In this document: piece after piece, positions 19,691 to 30,169 of the stretch
How positions within the stretch are numbered: position 1 is the first letter of the stretch
How the letters are laid out: every line of letters begins with the position of its first letter
Source: a virus
Taxonomy: Duplodnaviria > Caudoviricetes
Strand: one strand, 5' to 3'
Length of the DNA: 53,089 bases
IMG/VR virus record: IMGVR_UViG_3300030397_000666
Span: 1 to 53,089 of that record
Position numbers and translations under genes: made by a program
The notes under the pieces: generated by a model
The model's input: only the letters and a program-made list of their open reading frames with translations
Told to the model about the DNA's origin: nothing
Database searches by the model: none

Positions 19691-22421
19691 CCACAATATC
19701 ACAAGCCCTAGAAGCCAAAATGGTTTTAGACACGAGAGTCTTTCAGAAGGAGATGAAGAAAGCCCAAGAGGTTACGCAGAAAACTTCCTCCTTTATGACA
19801 GGTGCTTGGACTGCTGTGGGTATCTCTGTAACACAGCTTACAGGTAAGATCTCGAGCATGCTCAAGCAATCTCTTCAGATTGGCCTTACCTTCGAGCAAG
19901 AAATGGCCGCGGTAAACTCATTGATTGCGAGGGAGTCGGCCGCCACAATTGAGAAGTTTGGCAATGATGTCCTCGGCCTTGCTCAAAAGCTAGGAAAGCC
20001 CCCAGTCGAAATCGCACAAGCCCTCTATCAAGAGATCTCCGCTGGTGCTTTAAATGCTACAGGCGACATGAACGCTTTCACAGAGACAGTTATCAAAGCC
20101 TCTGTAGCAGGTAGAGCAACTGTGGAGTCCACCGCTCGAGCTATGATCTCTGTGATGAACTCCTACGGACTAACACTAGACGAGTCTGGAAGAGCCGCGA
20201 ATAACTTTTTTAACATCGTAAAATTTGGTGTAACAACTCTCCCCGAACTTGCTAATACTATCGGAGGTTTGTATCTACTGCGCGGGCAGCCAAGATAGAG
20301 ATGGAGGACTGGGGTTCCGCCCTAGCTGCCTTAACTCAGTTAGGAAAGCCTACAGAAATCGCGATCACAGAGTTGCGGGCTGCTATCAGTGCCTTCATTA
20401 AACCTACGCAGGACTCCATAAAAGCCGCGGAGGAAATAGGCTTCGAGCTGTCTGCAAGGAAGCTAGAGAAGAGAGGACTAGTTGGTGCACTCCAAGACTT
20501 GAATGCCACAGGGAAGACTTCGATCGCTGTGTTAGGTAGACTATTTCCTAACATTAGAGCGACCAACGCTATAGCCGCCCTCTCCAGTAAAGAAGGTCTT
20601 GATATATTAACAAGAAATATCGATGAATTTACTAGGGGTGCTACCTCAATGGAGGAAGCTTTCGCAGTTATGACCAATACCATGGGATTTGAGATAGCCA
20701 AGCAAAAGTCTGCTATATCAGCCCTAGCTATTGGTATAACCAAAGACTTGGGACCCGCGATCACAGCCATTGTTAGGAACTTTGGAGGAGCAGTCCAGGT
20801 TTTCCTCAAGTTTATTAAACAAACAAAGATTTTAGTCCACACTTTCAACCTATTAGCAGCAGCTTGGAACACCTTCGCTGCAGTATTTCGAGCAGGACTT
20901 GGAGGATTGTCAAAAGGAATAGGCGGCTTTGTTCAAGCTATAAAGAAGATGGGAGCCACTGCAACTATCGTGTGGGAGGGAATGAAACAAGGATTCAACG
21001 TAGTCGCCGAGTCCATTGTAGCTACTATCAACGGGATGGTGGGGGCAATGCGAAGTCTCGCTGAGGCTGCAGATTTCATCGATCCTTCTGGTCTAGCTAA
21101 AAAGGCTGTAGATTCCTTAGAGAAAGTTGAGAAGAGCCTAGACGATCTTTCAGAGAAATTTAAGAATAATACTAAGAAAAACAAGAAGGAAATAGAGGCA
21201 GCAACAAAAGAACTCGCTAAGGATTGGAAGGACAACTACTTCAATAAGTTAGGTGATGAGCTCATAAAACAAGCGGAGGACAATGGTAAGAGTATTGGTA
21301 TAATCTTAGGACTCAACAAGAAAATGTCCAAGTCGGCAGCAGACGAGTCAAAAAAGGGAACTCAAGAAATCAACAAGGATGTTCGGGACCGACAACAATT
21401 CTTCAATAAAGCAATGAAGGAAGAGAGCGATGCTCAGTTTGCAAAGGAACTAGCTGTTAGAAAGCAAGTGGAGGAGACTGTTCGATGGACTGAACGTCAA
21501 TTCAAAATAGAAACAGATGGGTTCCTCAAAGCCTTGAAGATTCAAGTGTCTGCAAAAGAAAAAGCTGAGGAAAAACTAAGATCTCTTACAGTTCAGAGAG
21601 CTAGACAAGCCGAGTCTTTTGAAGAGAGACTCTGGGCTATCACAATGTCTGGCCTCACTGAAGCTGGAAAGAGGATCCAGAAGTTTGGTATCGCAGACAC
21701 CTTCGAGACACGAGCTAAGCAAGCTCTTGGTAGAGGGGATTTCGAGGAAGCGAGAAGACTCGCGGAAAAAGCTCAAGCCCAGTTCGAGGATATAGCTAGC
21801 AGTCAAGACGCACCAGAGGAAGAGAGAAAGCGAGCGCTGCAAGGATTTAAGAAAACTCAGACGTTAATCGAGGGAGCCTTTCAGTCGGAGCAAAATGCTC
21901 AAAAAGATCTAGTAGAACAAAATAAAAGACACATTATGGAGATGTCTCAAAGCCTCAAACAACTTCAGGAAGAAGCAACAATAAAACTCAAGTTTTTGGT
22001 AGACAGTGAAGCAGCTCAACAACAAATAGACAGGCTAAAAGACCTGATGAGAGTCGCTGCGGAACGTACCCCCGCGACGGGGAATACTGCTCAACTTGCA
22101 GGCGCTCCCTTAGGGGTCCCGGCTGCTCCTCCACAAGAACCCGCTGTAGCCTCCCCAAGAGCTCGACCTGTTTTCCCTGGCGGCGAGGGGTTACCTCCAG
22201 AGGCTATGCAGGTCTCTGGTCCAAAAAGTGGAGATGCAAAAATACAGAATGTTGATCTCACTGTAAACTTCGACATAAAGCAGAAGCTAGACCGTCAGGA
22301 GATTAGAGAGGCAACGAACGAAATTAAGAAACAGCTTGATAGAAAATTCGACAGTCAGAGAAGCACAGGATCGAATCGAACAAAACAAGGAACAGGAATT
22401 GCAAACAATGGTACGATTTAA
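19687..22421 (+). CDS. Tape measure protein (~911 aa), split by a 1-nt frame break near 20264-20272
   Basis: TP901-type TMP repeats run across ORFs 19687-20298 and 20301-22421; the shifted frame reads LANTIG-FVSTARAAKIEMEDWGSALAALT. Confidence 0.85.
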
Positions 22422-22674
22422 ACCCCATCATGTCACAACCAGCATTGTAAGAGGTTGGGTAAAAAACTATGAGGAACTATCCGAGATTCGTGAAGAATTC
22501 ACCCAGAAAAATAATGGGAGATTCCCTTGTTGTGGTAGGCTATCAGAAGAGGAATCAAAGAAAGTTTTTGAGGTCATCAAGGAAAGCTCCTCGCTAAGAG
22601 AAAAGCTCAAGGCAGAGCAGAGAGACAAAATTATTTTGTGGTTTGACGGAGAAAATCATGAGCTGGATCTGTGA
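22408..22674 (+). CDS. Hypothetical protein
   Basis: ORF track gives 22336-22674; ATG 22408 is the more plausible start (less overlap with TMP). Confidence 0.45.
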   Translation: MVRFKPHHVTTSIVRGWVKNYEELSEIREEFTQKNNGRFPCCGRLSEEESKKVFEVIKESSSLREKLKAEQRDKIILWFDGENHELDL

Positions 22675-22924
22675 GCCTAACTACACTGGATACCTTAGCA
22701 TTATATGTGCAGTGTACCTTACTACAAGAATAATAACGAAGGAGCAGATCACTGAAGGCGCTCGAATCTTTTTTCGAAACAAAAATCTCTACTCCCTGGA
22801 CGCCCTCTTCAGCTGCTTCTTCTGTATGTCTTGTTGGATTGGTATCCTTTTTGGGTTGATTTTTGAACTCAATATTTTTATCCTTATTGTGGGCGCGAAT
22901 ATTATACTGAGGGTAGTTCCCTAG
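22658..22924 (+). CDS. Small membrane protein with CxxCxSxW motif (DUF1360-like)
   Basis: RIITKEQIT...R and CFFCMSCWIG; hydrophobic helices; GGAG RBS before ATG 22658. Confidence 0.5.
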   Translation: MSWICEPNYTGYLSIICAVYLTTRIITKEQITEGARIFFRNKNLYSLDALFSCFFCMSCWIGILFGLIFELNIFILIVGANIILRVVP

Positions 22925-22934
22925 GAGTAAGTAA

Positions 22935-23357
22935 ATGTCTGTAACTTTTGGAACTCTTGAACTTCAGAATCCATCCCTCTTTAACGTTGAAGAAAACGTG
23001 AGGAGACATGGTCTGGGTAGAGCTGCTGGAGGTACCCCCTACAGATACTCTAAGGGGGCAAACTACAAGAGGCTCAGGATAGGGTGGACAGACTTAAGAG
23101 AAGCAGAAAAGGAAGAGCTTGACTCATTCTTCGATACCATGGACGGACCCTCAACAGACTTTACTTTCATTGACCACCACGGAGTGTCAAGGACTTGCTT
23201 CTTCCTGGTCGACGCGCTACCCTGGACAGAGGTAGACGACCAGGTATCCACAACAGGCACATACACAGTCACGGGGGCCCCCGGCTGTACCTTTCCAACG
23301 ACCACTAGAAAAGAAGCTGTCTTTTCCCTTGAAATAGAATTGGAGATTGTGAGTTGA
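22935..23357 (+). CDS. Distal tail (Dit/gpM-like) protein
   Basis: After TMP; L..FF..M.G....FTFID pattern. Confidence 0.55.
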   Translation: MSVTFGTLELQNPSLFNVEENVRRHGLGRAAGGTPYRYSKGANYKRLRIGWTDLREAEKEELDSFFDTMDGPSTDFTFIDHHGVSRTCFFLVDALPWTEVDDQVSTTGTYTVTGAPGCTFPTTTRKEAVFSLEIELEIVS

Positions 23358-26300
23358 GATCACTAACCGGATTGGTAACAACAGAGAAGGGGAAGACGAA
23401 AGAAGTCTCCCCAATCAACATCGTGAGAATAGATTTCGGCGGTGCTCTTGGTACAAAATACTACTCTGATAGGCCTCTGACAACTCCAGTAACTGCAGCT
23501 GGTACCGTTATCGATTGGGGAGATTATTCTCAATCCATCTCCGAAGATAGAGGAGAGGTTTCTGAATACTCGTTCACAATGGAAGACGACGACCTTGGTC
23601 TTTTAGATGATGTCTTTAGAGACCAAATAAGCCAGGGAAAACCTGCAATCCTTTATCAGTTCTTTATCGGCCTCGGCTTGTCCGATCTCACTGTCCTGTT
23701 TAAAGGTGTGGTAGGGAAAGCTGAGTGGAGTGAGGGAGAGCCAAGACAGCTTCGCATAAGCCTAGAGAGCACTGAAACATTTTACTCGAAGCGACTTGGT
23801 ACTCTAGCCTCAGAGGAAAATTTCCCTGACATTCGGAAAGAAGACATTGGAAAAACTATCCCCTACGTCTACGGAGATGTAGAGAGATCCAGCGCCGTTC
23901 AAGTAGTAGCCAGCCCGAAGACCACGCTTGCTATAGACTTGGGATTGATTGGAAGTGAAACCGTTGTGACTGACGGTCGATGTTTCCCCCAAGGAGTAAA
24001 TAAAGACATTTTTATCGGAAGAGAATTGATCCGAGGTAAGTTCGAGGGAAATAAGCTCTTCATCTACGGCCGGGGACTCGTTGTAGCATCTGGTACCACG
24101 AACTCGATGTCTCCAAACATTCTAACCTTTACCGCTTCCCTTGTGCCTGCAGGTTTCTCTTGGGTTGGTTACCACGTCAGATTCTTCCTCCCTTCAGGAG
24201 CTACTCCCGAGAGACTGATAACAAACTTTACAACCCCCGACGTATATGGAATGGACGCCCCCGTTCTAGTACCGGGAACTTCTCCAGGAGTTCTGCATAC
24301 TGAGATCCCTGCTGGTACCCCCTTCGAGATATTCGGAAAGCCTGCAGTACACGGAGCAGGAGAGGAAGTCTACTTGGACCTGCCCGAATATAAGTGGGCT
24401 ATCAACGACGCGGTGTCTGACTCTGTAGACTTCATCGAGATAGCTGCCTCTGTAGTTCTTGCAAGAGACGACGTAAGCAGCAAGTTAAAAGACCTCAACA
24501 CAATAATCAAGATCCCAAAAGACTACTACACAGTAGACCTCAGCGACTCCAGCTTTACGGGAACCATAGGGCACGACATCACAACGATCAGCATGCCCTT
24601 CGACCCTAAGAATTTACCTAATAGCCCCTTCGCGTCTGATGAGATTCTGGCAAGCCTTCGAGGTAGGGACCTGGATAATCCAGCAGATATAATCGACGAC
24701 ATCCTCACGAGGTCCGATGTAACAGACAAGGACACTACGAGTATATCTGACGCGGTCACGGCTACGTCAGATATAAAACTTGGATTCACAATCGAGGAGA
24801 TAAGGCGAGGGATAGAACTAGCTCACGACATCGCTTTTCAGTCTAGGCTCTCCCTAATTTTTGAAGCTGGAGACGCAAGACTTCTTTATCTAACAAATGC
24901 AGCTGGAACCAGCACAACCACAGTAACAGATAGTGGAAGAGCTATCGACGGTCTCGATATAACTCAAGAAGACATCGAGCAGATCTACAACGTCCTGGAT
25001 ATTACCTACAAGGATAAAGGAAAAGAGAAAAGCTTCGAGGTAAGAAATACAGGCTCTGTAACCGAACATGGAGAAAGGCCTAGAGACTTATTCTTCTGGG
25101 TGCACAACAATCGATCGAGCGCTGAGGCAATTGCAATATTTTGGCTAGGTAGGTGGGCCGACGCTGTGGAGCTTGCCACTTTTGAAACATTCCTCAACAC
25201 CCTAGAAGTGGAGCGAGGAGACTGGCTAACCTTATCTTTCACGGACTTTTATACCTCCAAGAAAGGTCGGGTAATCAACATCATTCAAACCCCTGGACAT
25301 GGAGAGAACAATGAAATAGATCGAATTCAGATTACAGCTAGGACTACTGAGTTTGGTGGTTGCTCTGGAAGCTGCCAATTGTTTGGAGAAACAGGTTGCG
25401 ATACTTCCTGCGAGGCTACCTGTCAGAGTTCACCAGAGACAAGCTGCAACTTCGCCTGTGAAACAGCATGTCAGGAAGCCTGCGAGTTGACCTGTGTTTC
25501 TTCTTGCCAGCTTTCCTGTACTGAGTTCGTTCAAACCCTTGCACCAGACGATCCAGACACTGGAGGTTGTGGTACATCCTGCCAGGGAGCCTGTCAGACC
25601 GGCTGTCAGGGCCAGGGCTGTGAAGCTACTGCCTGTCAGACCGGCTGTACTTCTACTGGATGTACTGTCGGATGTGAGACAAATTGTCAAAGCACATGTG
25701 AATTTTCCTGCGAAGTAGGATGTACTACAGGATGCGAATTCGATTGTCAGTCAGGTTGTCAGAACCAAGTAGAAACAGCATGCGCCACAGGTTGCGAAAC
25801 TGGATGCCAAGGATTTTGCACTACAAATTGTCAGACCGGTTGTACTTCCTCATGTGAGCTAGATTGCCAACTAGATTGCCAGACAAATTGTCAAGTCTCT
25901 AGCTGTACTACAAGTTGCGAGGTTGACTGTCAGATTTCTTGTGAGTCTTCTGGTTGTCAGGCTGCCTGCGAAGCAACTGGTTGTCAGATTTCTTGTACGG
26001 CTGCTTGTGAAGCTAGCGCTTGCCAGAGTACGTGTGAGGCTACAGGCTGTCAAGCTTCCTGCCAAGCTGGAGGATGTGAGGCCGTAGGTTGTGAAGCAAC
26101 TGGCTGTCAAGCATGCTGCGAAAACACCTGCCAGAACTCATGCCAGGACGCTTGCCAGACTGGGACCTGCCAGATGTCTTGTACTACAGACTGTCAACAA
26201 GGCTCATGCCAGGGTTCATGCACCTCTGGTTGTGAGATGAATTGTCAAGGAGGCTGCGAAGGATCTTGCCAAGATTGTTGTCAATTCGATGGAACTGAAA

Positions 26301-27115
26301 CAAGCTACACCTGCGAAACCTCTTGCCAGACTGACTGTACGCAATCATGTGAGACCTCTTGCCAAGAAGCGGCGGAGGTTCTGGAGTGTACGCATGTCTG
26401 TCAAGCCTTTTGTCAAACGGGTTGCCAAGCAGGCTGCGAAATAATTTGTCAAACAGGATGCCAATGCGATTGTCAGTTAGGCTGCGAAGGCCAGTGTCAA
26501 AGCGGATGTCAGATAAGTTGTACCTGCGCATGTCAGTCAACAGACGAAACAACGGGAATGTGTACCGCTGCAAATCAAGCAGGATGCTTCACAGCGTGTC
26601 AGACAGGTTTTCAAACTGAGTGCCAGACTAGTTGTCAGGTAGAGTGTCAAGGTTTCTGCCAGACAGGATGTCAGTCTGGATGTGAAATAATCTGTCAAAT
26701 CGGCTGCCAGTGCAACTGTCAAGCCAACGTTGAGACTGTATGCCAGACAGGATGCCAGACAACGTGCCAGTGCGAATGTCAATCTGAGGTAGAGGTATCC
26801 GTCGGAGCTTGTGACGGTACAGGTTGCCAGGGTGGTGCTTGTACTACTGGTGCTCAGCTATCCTTCTGCGCAACTACCTGTCAGATTACTGGATGCACAA
26901 CACAATGTCAATCTTTCTGCGAGTGTGACTGTACTACAGAAGCTTGCGTCGTTGCATGCCAGTCATTCTGCCAGACTGGATGTCAGGTCGGCTGCGAAGC
27001 CTATTGTACTGTGGGTTGTCAGTGTGATTGTCAAGCTACATGCCAGAGTTCCTGTAGGTCTGGGGGCTGCGAAGAATTATGTCAGTGTACTTGTCAGACT
27101 GCAGTACAAATTTAA
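23354..27115 (+). CDS. Tail tip/hub protein with a C-terminal ~580-aa CxxxC-repeat domain
   Basis: N-terminal hub motifs (IPYVYG, NPADII.DIL, LEVERGD); from residue ~670 about 130 Cys by hand count. Confidence 0.8.
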   Translation: MRSLTGLVTTEKGKTKEVSPINIVRIDFGGALGTKYYSDRPLTTPVTAAGTVIDWGDYSQSISEDRGEVSEYSFTMEDDDLGLLDDVFRDQISQGKPAILYQFFIGLGLSDLTVLFKGVVGKAEWSEGEPRQLRISLESTETFYSKRLGTLASEENFPDIRKEDIGKTIPYVYGDVERSSAVQVVASPKTTLAIDLGLIGSETVVTDGRCFPQGVNKDIFIGRELIRGKFEGNKLFIYGRGLVVASGTTNSMSPNILTFTASLVPAGFSWVGYHVRFFLPSGATPERLITNFTTPDVYGMDAPVLVPGTSPGVLHTEIPAGTPFEIFGKPAVHGAGEEVYLDLPEYKWAINDAVSDSVDFIEIAASVVLARDDVSSKLKDLNTIIKIPKDYYTVDLSDSSFTGTIGHDITTISMPFDPKNLPNSPFASDEILASLRGRDLDNPADIIDDILTRSDVTDKDTTSISDAVTATSDIKLGFTIEEIRRGIELAHDIAFQSRLSLIFEAGDARLLYLTNAAGTSTTTVTDSGRAIDGLDITQEDIEQIYNVLDITYKDKGKEKSFEVRNTGSVTEHGERPRDLFFWVHNNRSSAEAIAIFWLGRWADAVELATFETFLNTLEVERGDWLTLSFTDFYTSKKGRVINIIQTPGHGENNEIDRIQITARTTEFGGCSGSCQLFGETGCDTSCEATCQSSPETSCNFACETACQEACELTCVSSCQLSCTEFVQTLAPDDPDTGGCGTSCQGACQTGCQGQGCEATACQTGCTSTGCTVGCETNCQSTCEFSCEVGCTTGCEFDCQSGCQNQVETACATGCETGCQGFCTTNCQTGCTSSCELDCQLDCQTNCQVSSCTTSCEVDCQISCESSGCQAACEATGCQISCTAACEASACQSTCEATGCQASCQAGGCEAVGCEATGCQACCENTCQNSCQDACQTGTCQMSCTTDCQQGSCQGSCTSGCEMNCQGGCEGSCQDCCQFDGTETSYTCETSCQTDCTQSCETSCQEAAEVLECTHVCQAFCQTGCQAGCEIICQTGCQCDCQLGCEGQCQSGCQISCTCACQSTDETTGMCTAANQAGCFTACQTGFQTECQTSCQVECQGFCQTGCQSGCEIICQIGCQCNCQANVETVCQTGCQTTCQCECQSEVEVSVGACDGTGCQGGACTTGAQLSFCATTCQITGCTTQCQSFCECDCTTEACVVACQSFCQTGCQVGCEAYCTVGCQCDCQATCQSSCRSGGCEELCQCTCQTAVQI
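25361..27100 (+). repeat. Coding CxxxC (C-Q/E/T-x-G/S) tandem repeat region, SCIFF-like
   Basis: 12-nt periodic TGY codons; higher-order repeat CQxFCQTGCQxGCExxCxxGCQCxCQ occurs three times. Confidence 0.9.
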
Positions 27116-27151
27116 TCTAGTTTTTTTAGTGTTTCAGGTAAGCTTAATATA

Positions 27152-27370
27152 ATGCCAACTTTCACACCGGGGCCATGCGACTCAGCTTGTCAGAGTCCTC
27201 TACAAATTACCATCGGTTGTAACACCTCATGTCAAGCCCAGTGCGAGACACGATGTACTACAGGCTGCGAGTCCACATGCGAAGTAACTTGTATGACTTC
27301 TTGCCGTGTAGGTTGCGAAATTTACTGTACTACAGGGTGTCAGTGTACTTGTCAGTCTGCTAGTCAATAG
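27152..27370 (+). CDS. 72-aa Cys-rich peptide (15 Cys), SCIFF/ranthipeptide-precursor-like
   Basis: CxxxC spacing; ends GCEIYCTTGCQCTCQ like the repeats of the upstream protein; no SD, ATG 7 nt after an AGGTAAGCT motif. Confidence 0.75.
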   Translation: MPTFTPGPCDSACQSPLQITIGCNTSCQAQCETRCTTGCESTCEVTCMTSCRVGCEIYCTTGCQCTCQSASQ

Positions 27371-27386
27371 TGTTTAGGAGATACAA

Positions 27387-27668
27387 ATGTCGTCAGTAGG
27401 AACAAGAGCAAGAACTTTCACTTTAGCCCTAGCCGGTGCGTCCACTTACCTTGAGTTACCCCTCCCTACAAAAGGAGTTATTCGAGGGCTTACGTTCAAG
27501 AGCAAGACCCCTGAAGTTATCACCTACAGATATGATGGCTCGGGCGCTGTGGTAACCTTAGAAAAAGGGGACGTTTACAACGAAAGAGGTATCGCTCTTC
27601 GACCAGGTTCTAAAGTCTATGTCGCTGGTCCTGCAACGGATACCATCGATGGAGAATACTGGGTGTAA
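27387..27668 (+). CDS. Small beta-rich hypothetical (virion) protein
   Basis: RBS AGGAG; tail module. Confidence 0.6.
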   Translation: MSSVGTRARTFTLALAGASTYLELPLPTKGVIRGLTFKSKTPEVITYRYDGSGAVVTLEKGDVYNERGIALRPGSKVYVAGPATDTIDGEYWV

Positions 27669-27680
27669 GGAGGTTATACC

Positions 27681-28739
27681 ATGGCTATATTTAGAGGTGG
27701 GAAAGGTACTGAATATCCTGGCGGAGGAGGCGGTGGCCTCACTGAACCTGTAGAAGTCGAGGGTCCATCTGGAGGTCCTGTTGAAGTAAAAGGTGATGGT
27801 ACAACCTCAGTCCCTGTTAAGGGAGCCTCTACAACCGAGGTTCCAGTAAAAGGTACCTCTACGGTTGCTGTTCCTGTAAAAGGAGAATCTACGACAGCGG
27901 TTCCAGTAAGCAGCGACTCAACCCTAGAAGTTGAGGGAAAAGTAGGAGGGGTTCCCCTTCCTATTAGTTCTGGGTCTCCGCTTGAAGTGACCAATCCATC
28001 AGGAGGAGCTCTCGACACAAAAGATAGATTCTTCGAGGTAACAAAAGGACTCGTGTCAGGAAGATCCCACGTCAATGTGAATGGTGGCCACAGTAGTGTA
28101 TCAAGCTTCGCGTTCTCCACTCTCACTGAAATAGGCAGCTTCTACACTTATTCAGCTTCTGCAGTTACCCTATACATTTCTAGCTCTTCCGCGTCAGACA
28201 CACAGTCCTTTGAAATCACAGGACTAGACGCAAGTAAAGCCCCTCAGACTGCGACCGTAACGCTAGCGGGTACAACTAAGACAGCTATCACAGGAACCTG
28301 GACTAGAGTCTTTAGTGTTGTAAATAAAGGAACCACGGACAATCTAGGCGACGTGTACGTCTACGAAGACGACACCCCTGTGGGTGGAGTTCCTCCAACT
28401 CTAACGAAGGTTAGGGCTAAAGTCTTAGTGGGAGACAACAAGAGTCGGATGGCCTTATACACAATACCTACGGGAAAAACTGGATACCTTCAACGCATAA
28501 GATTCGCTCGGGGTCTTTGGAGGACCGCGTCGGTTAAACTTCTCGCGAAGGACGAGACCGGTCCCTTCAGAGTCGAGCTATTCGAGGGAGTTGGGAGAGG
28601 AGATCCTGCGCTAGATATTCCCTATAAGGTTATGCCTAAATTCACAGAGAAAACAGATATAGAAGCAAGAGCACTCTACACCGAGCTAGGTACCGGGCTA
28701 ATCTCCTGCACTTTCGATCTAATATTGGTAGATAACTAA
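27681..28739 (+). CDS. Virion structural/fibre-like protein with 10-aa VPVKG repeats
   Basis: Repeats at 27810-27911; C-terminal domain paralogous to 28751-29707. Confidence 0.6.
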   Translation: MAIFRGGKGTEYPGGGGGGLTEPVEVEGPSGGPVEVKGDGTTSVPVKGASTTEVPVKGTSTVAVPVKGESTTAVPVSSDSTLEVEGKVGGVPLPISSGSPLEVTNPSGGALDTKDRFFEVTKGLVSGRSHVNVNGGHSSVSSFAFSTLTEIGSFYTYSASAVTLYISSSSASDTQSFEITGLDASKAPQTATVTLAGTTKTAITGTWTRVFSVVNKGTTDNLGDVYVYEDDTPVGGVPPTLTKVRAKVLVGDNKSRMALYTIPTGKTGYLQRIRFARGLWRTASVKLLAKDETGPFRVELFEGVGRGDPALDIPYKVMPKFTEKTDIEARALYTELGTGLISCTFDLILVDN

Positions 28740-28750
28740 GGAGAAAACAA

Positions 28751-29707
28751 TTGACTGTAATAGTAACAAAAAGCCTCTCAACTGATTTTCCTAACGGCTA
28801 CAACTTCGACAACCTGAAGAAAGCTGTAGACGCTTCAACTGTGATCACAGCGACCTTGTTCCATGGTCCAGTATTCGGCGACGTTATTAACTTTGTTTGG
28901 GATAGGGCCCTCACAGGTCCAGAGGATTCAGAGTTTACCTCAATAATATCAGACCATAATCCCACACCACCAGCAGATCTTAGCTCTCCTGTAAGAGACT
29001 ACTTCGCAGACATCTCTCTCGGGAAGATCTCAGGAGAAGCCTCTTACCCCATGTTTGGTTACAACCCAGACATAGACTCAGGAGCAGACGAAACCATCTG
29101 GAGCGCTAGTGGTATTTTTTCCCTACCCACTGGGGCAGAGACGTTAGACCTAGTAAGTACAAACGCAGCAGATACAGCAGCAGGGACAGGCGCTAGAAAG
29201 GTGAAAATCACAGGACTAGACGCAAACTACAAAATCATTCAAGAGACTGTGACTATGAACGGTCTCACCCCTGTTACCAGTACAAGCAGTTTCCTAAGAA
29301 TGTACTACGCCACTGTAGAAGAGGTGGGTACAGGGGGTATTAACGCTGGAGATATAACGATAACTCAAACCACAAGCAGCAAGGTGATGGGCTTGATTCC
29401 ACTAAACGATGGTTGTGCATTTCAATCAATGTTCACGGTACCACAAGGGAAGAAAGGTCTTATTCACAACATCATGTACGCTGTGAATAAGTCAAAAGAC
29501 GCAACACTAATCATCAAGAGAAAACTCTTTGGAAAACCCCTACTCACCATAGGAAGAATCCCAGGATTTGAGGGAATCTCTATTAAGCCTTTCAAGCCTC
29601 CGCTAGTTTTTACTGAAAAAACAGACGTAATTTTCGAGGCGGATGGAGTAACAACCAGCAACAATATTGTAGCCCTATCCTACAGTATGCAACTCGTTGA
29701 TAACTAG
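28751..29707 (+). CDS. Virion structural protein, paralogue of the preceding gene's C-terminal domain
   Basis: Shared ITGLDA....TVT..G.T, T(I/V)P.GK.G, FTEKTD and terminal LVDN. Confidence 0.6.
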   Translation: MTVIVTKSLSTDFPNGYNFDNLKKAVDASTVITATLFHGPVFGDVINFVWDRALTGPEDSEFTSIISDHNPTPPADLSSPVRDYFADISLGKISGEASYPMFGYNPDIDSGADETIWSASGIFSLPTGAETLDLVSTNAADTAAGTGARKVKITGLDANYKIIQETVTMNGLTPVTSTSSFLRMYYATVEEVGTGGINAGDITITQTTSSKVMGLIPLNDGCAFQSMFTVPQGKKGLIHNIMYAVNKSKDATLIIKRKLFGKPLLTIGRIPGFEGISIKPFKPPLVFTEKTDVIFEADGVTTSNNIVALSYSMQLVDN

Positions 29708-29718
29708 GAGTAAAGAGG

Positions 29719-30165
29719 ATGGCAATAGAACGAAAAGGAGTCACGACATTCAACGGAGTCTCAGGCCCTGTGACCCTTGTTTCTGCAGATTCCTCAGTGA
29801 CTATAACCCCCGACGCTGCAGCGGGGGAAATAGACTTAAGTGCAGTGGGTGGAAACTCGAGAGTCGATTTTGACTTTAGCAATGAACCAAGTTTAGACCT
29901 CAAAGAAATCACATCAGGAAAGACTCTTGAAAGAGTTGTCATCCTGATAACCACACCTTTTACATCTGGAACGAACCTTCAAGTAGGTTTCACTGGAAGC
30001 CTTGGAGAAGTAGCAGACACAGGAGACATAGACCCACAAACTGCTGGACTATATGTCCGACAACCCTATAAGGTCATGACTGCAACAGATACATTGAAGC
30101 TCACTTTCTCAGGAACAACACCAACCGCTGGAGCAGGAACGATCTTCATCGCTGAAGGAGCGTAA
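29719..30165 (+). CDS. Virion structural protein
   Basis: GVTTFNGVSGPVTL fibre-type motif followed by a beta-sandwich-like domain. Confidence 0.5.
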   Translation: MAIERKGVTTFNGVSGPVTLVSADSSVTITPDAAAGEIDLSAVGGNSRVDFDFSNEPSLDLKEITSGKTLERVVILITTPFTSGTNLQVGFTGSLGEVADTGDIDPQTAGLYVRQPYKVMTATDTLKLTFSGTTPTAGAGTIFIAEGA

Positions 30166-30169
30166 AATC

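Noticed and set aside
20296-20303. Amber readthrough joining the two TMP ORFs
   Set aside because: The ORFs are in different frames; readthrough meets another TAG within nine codons.
25361-27370. CRISPR array or DNA-level satellite
   Set aside because: The periodicity comes from Cys codons in an open frame; there are no identical repeats with unique spacers.
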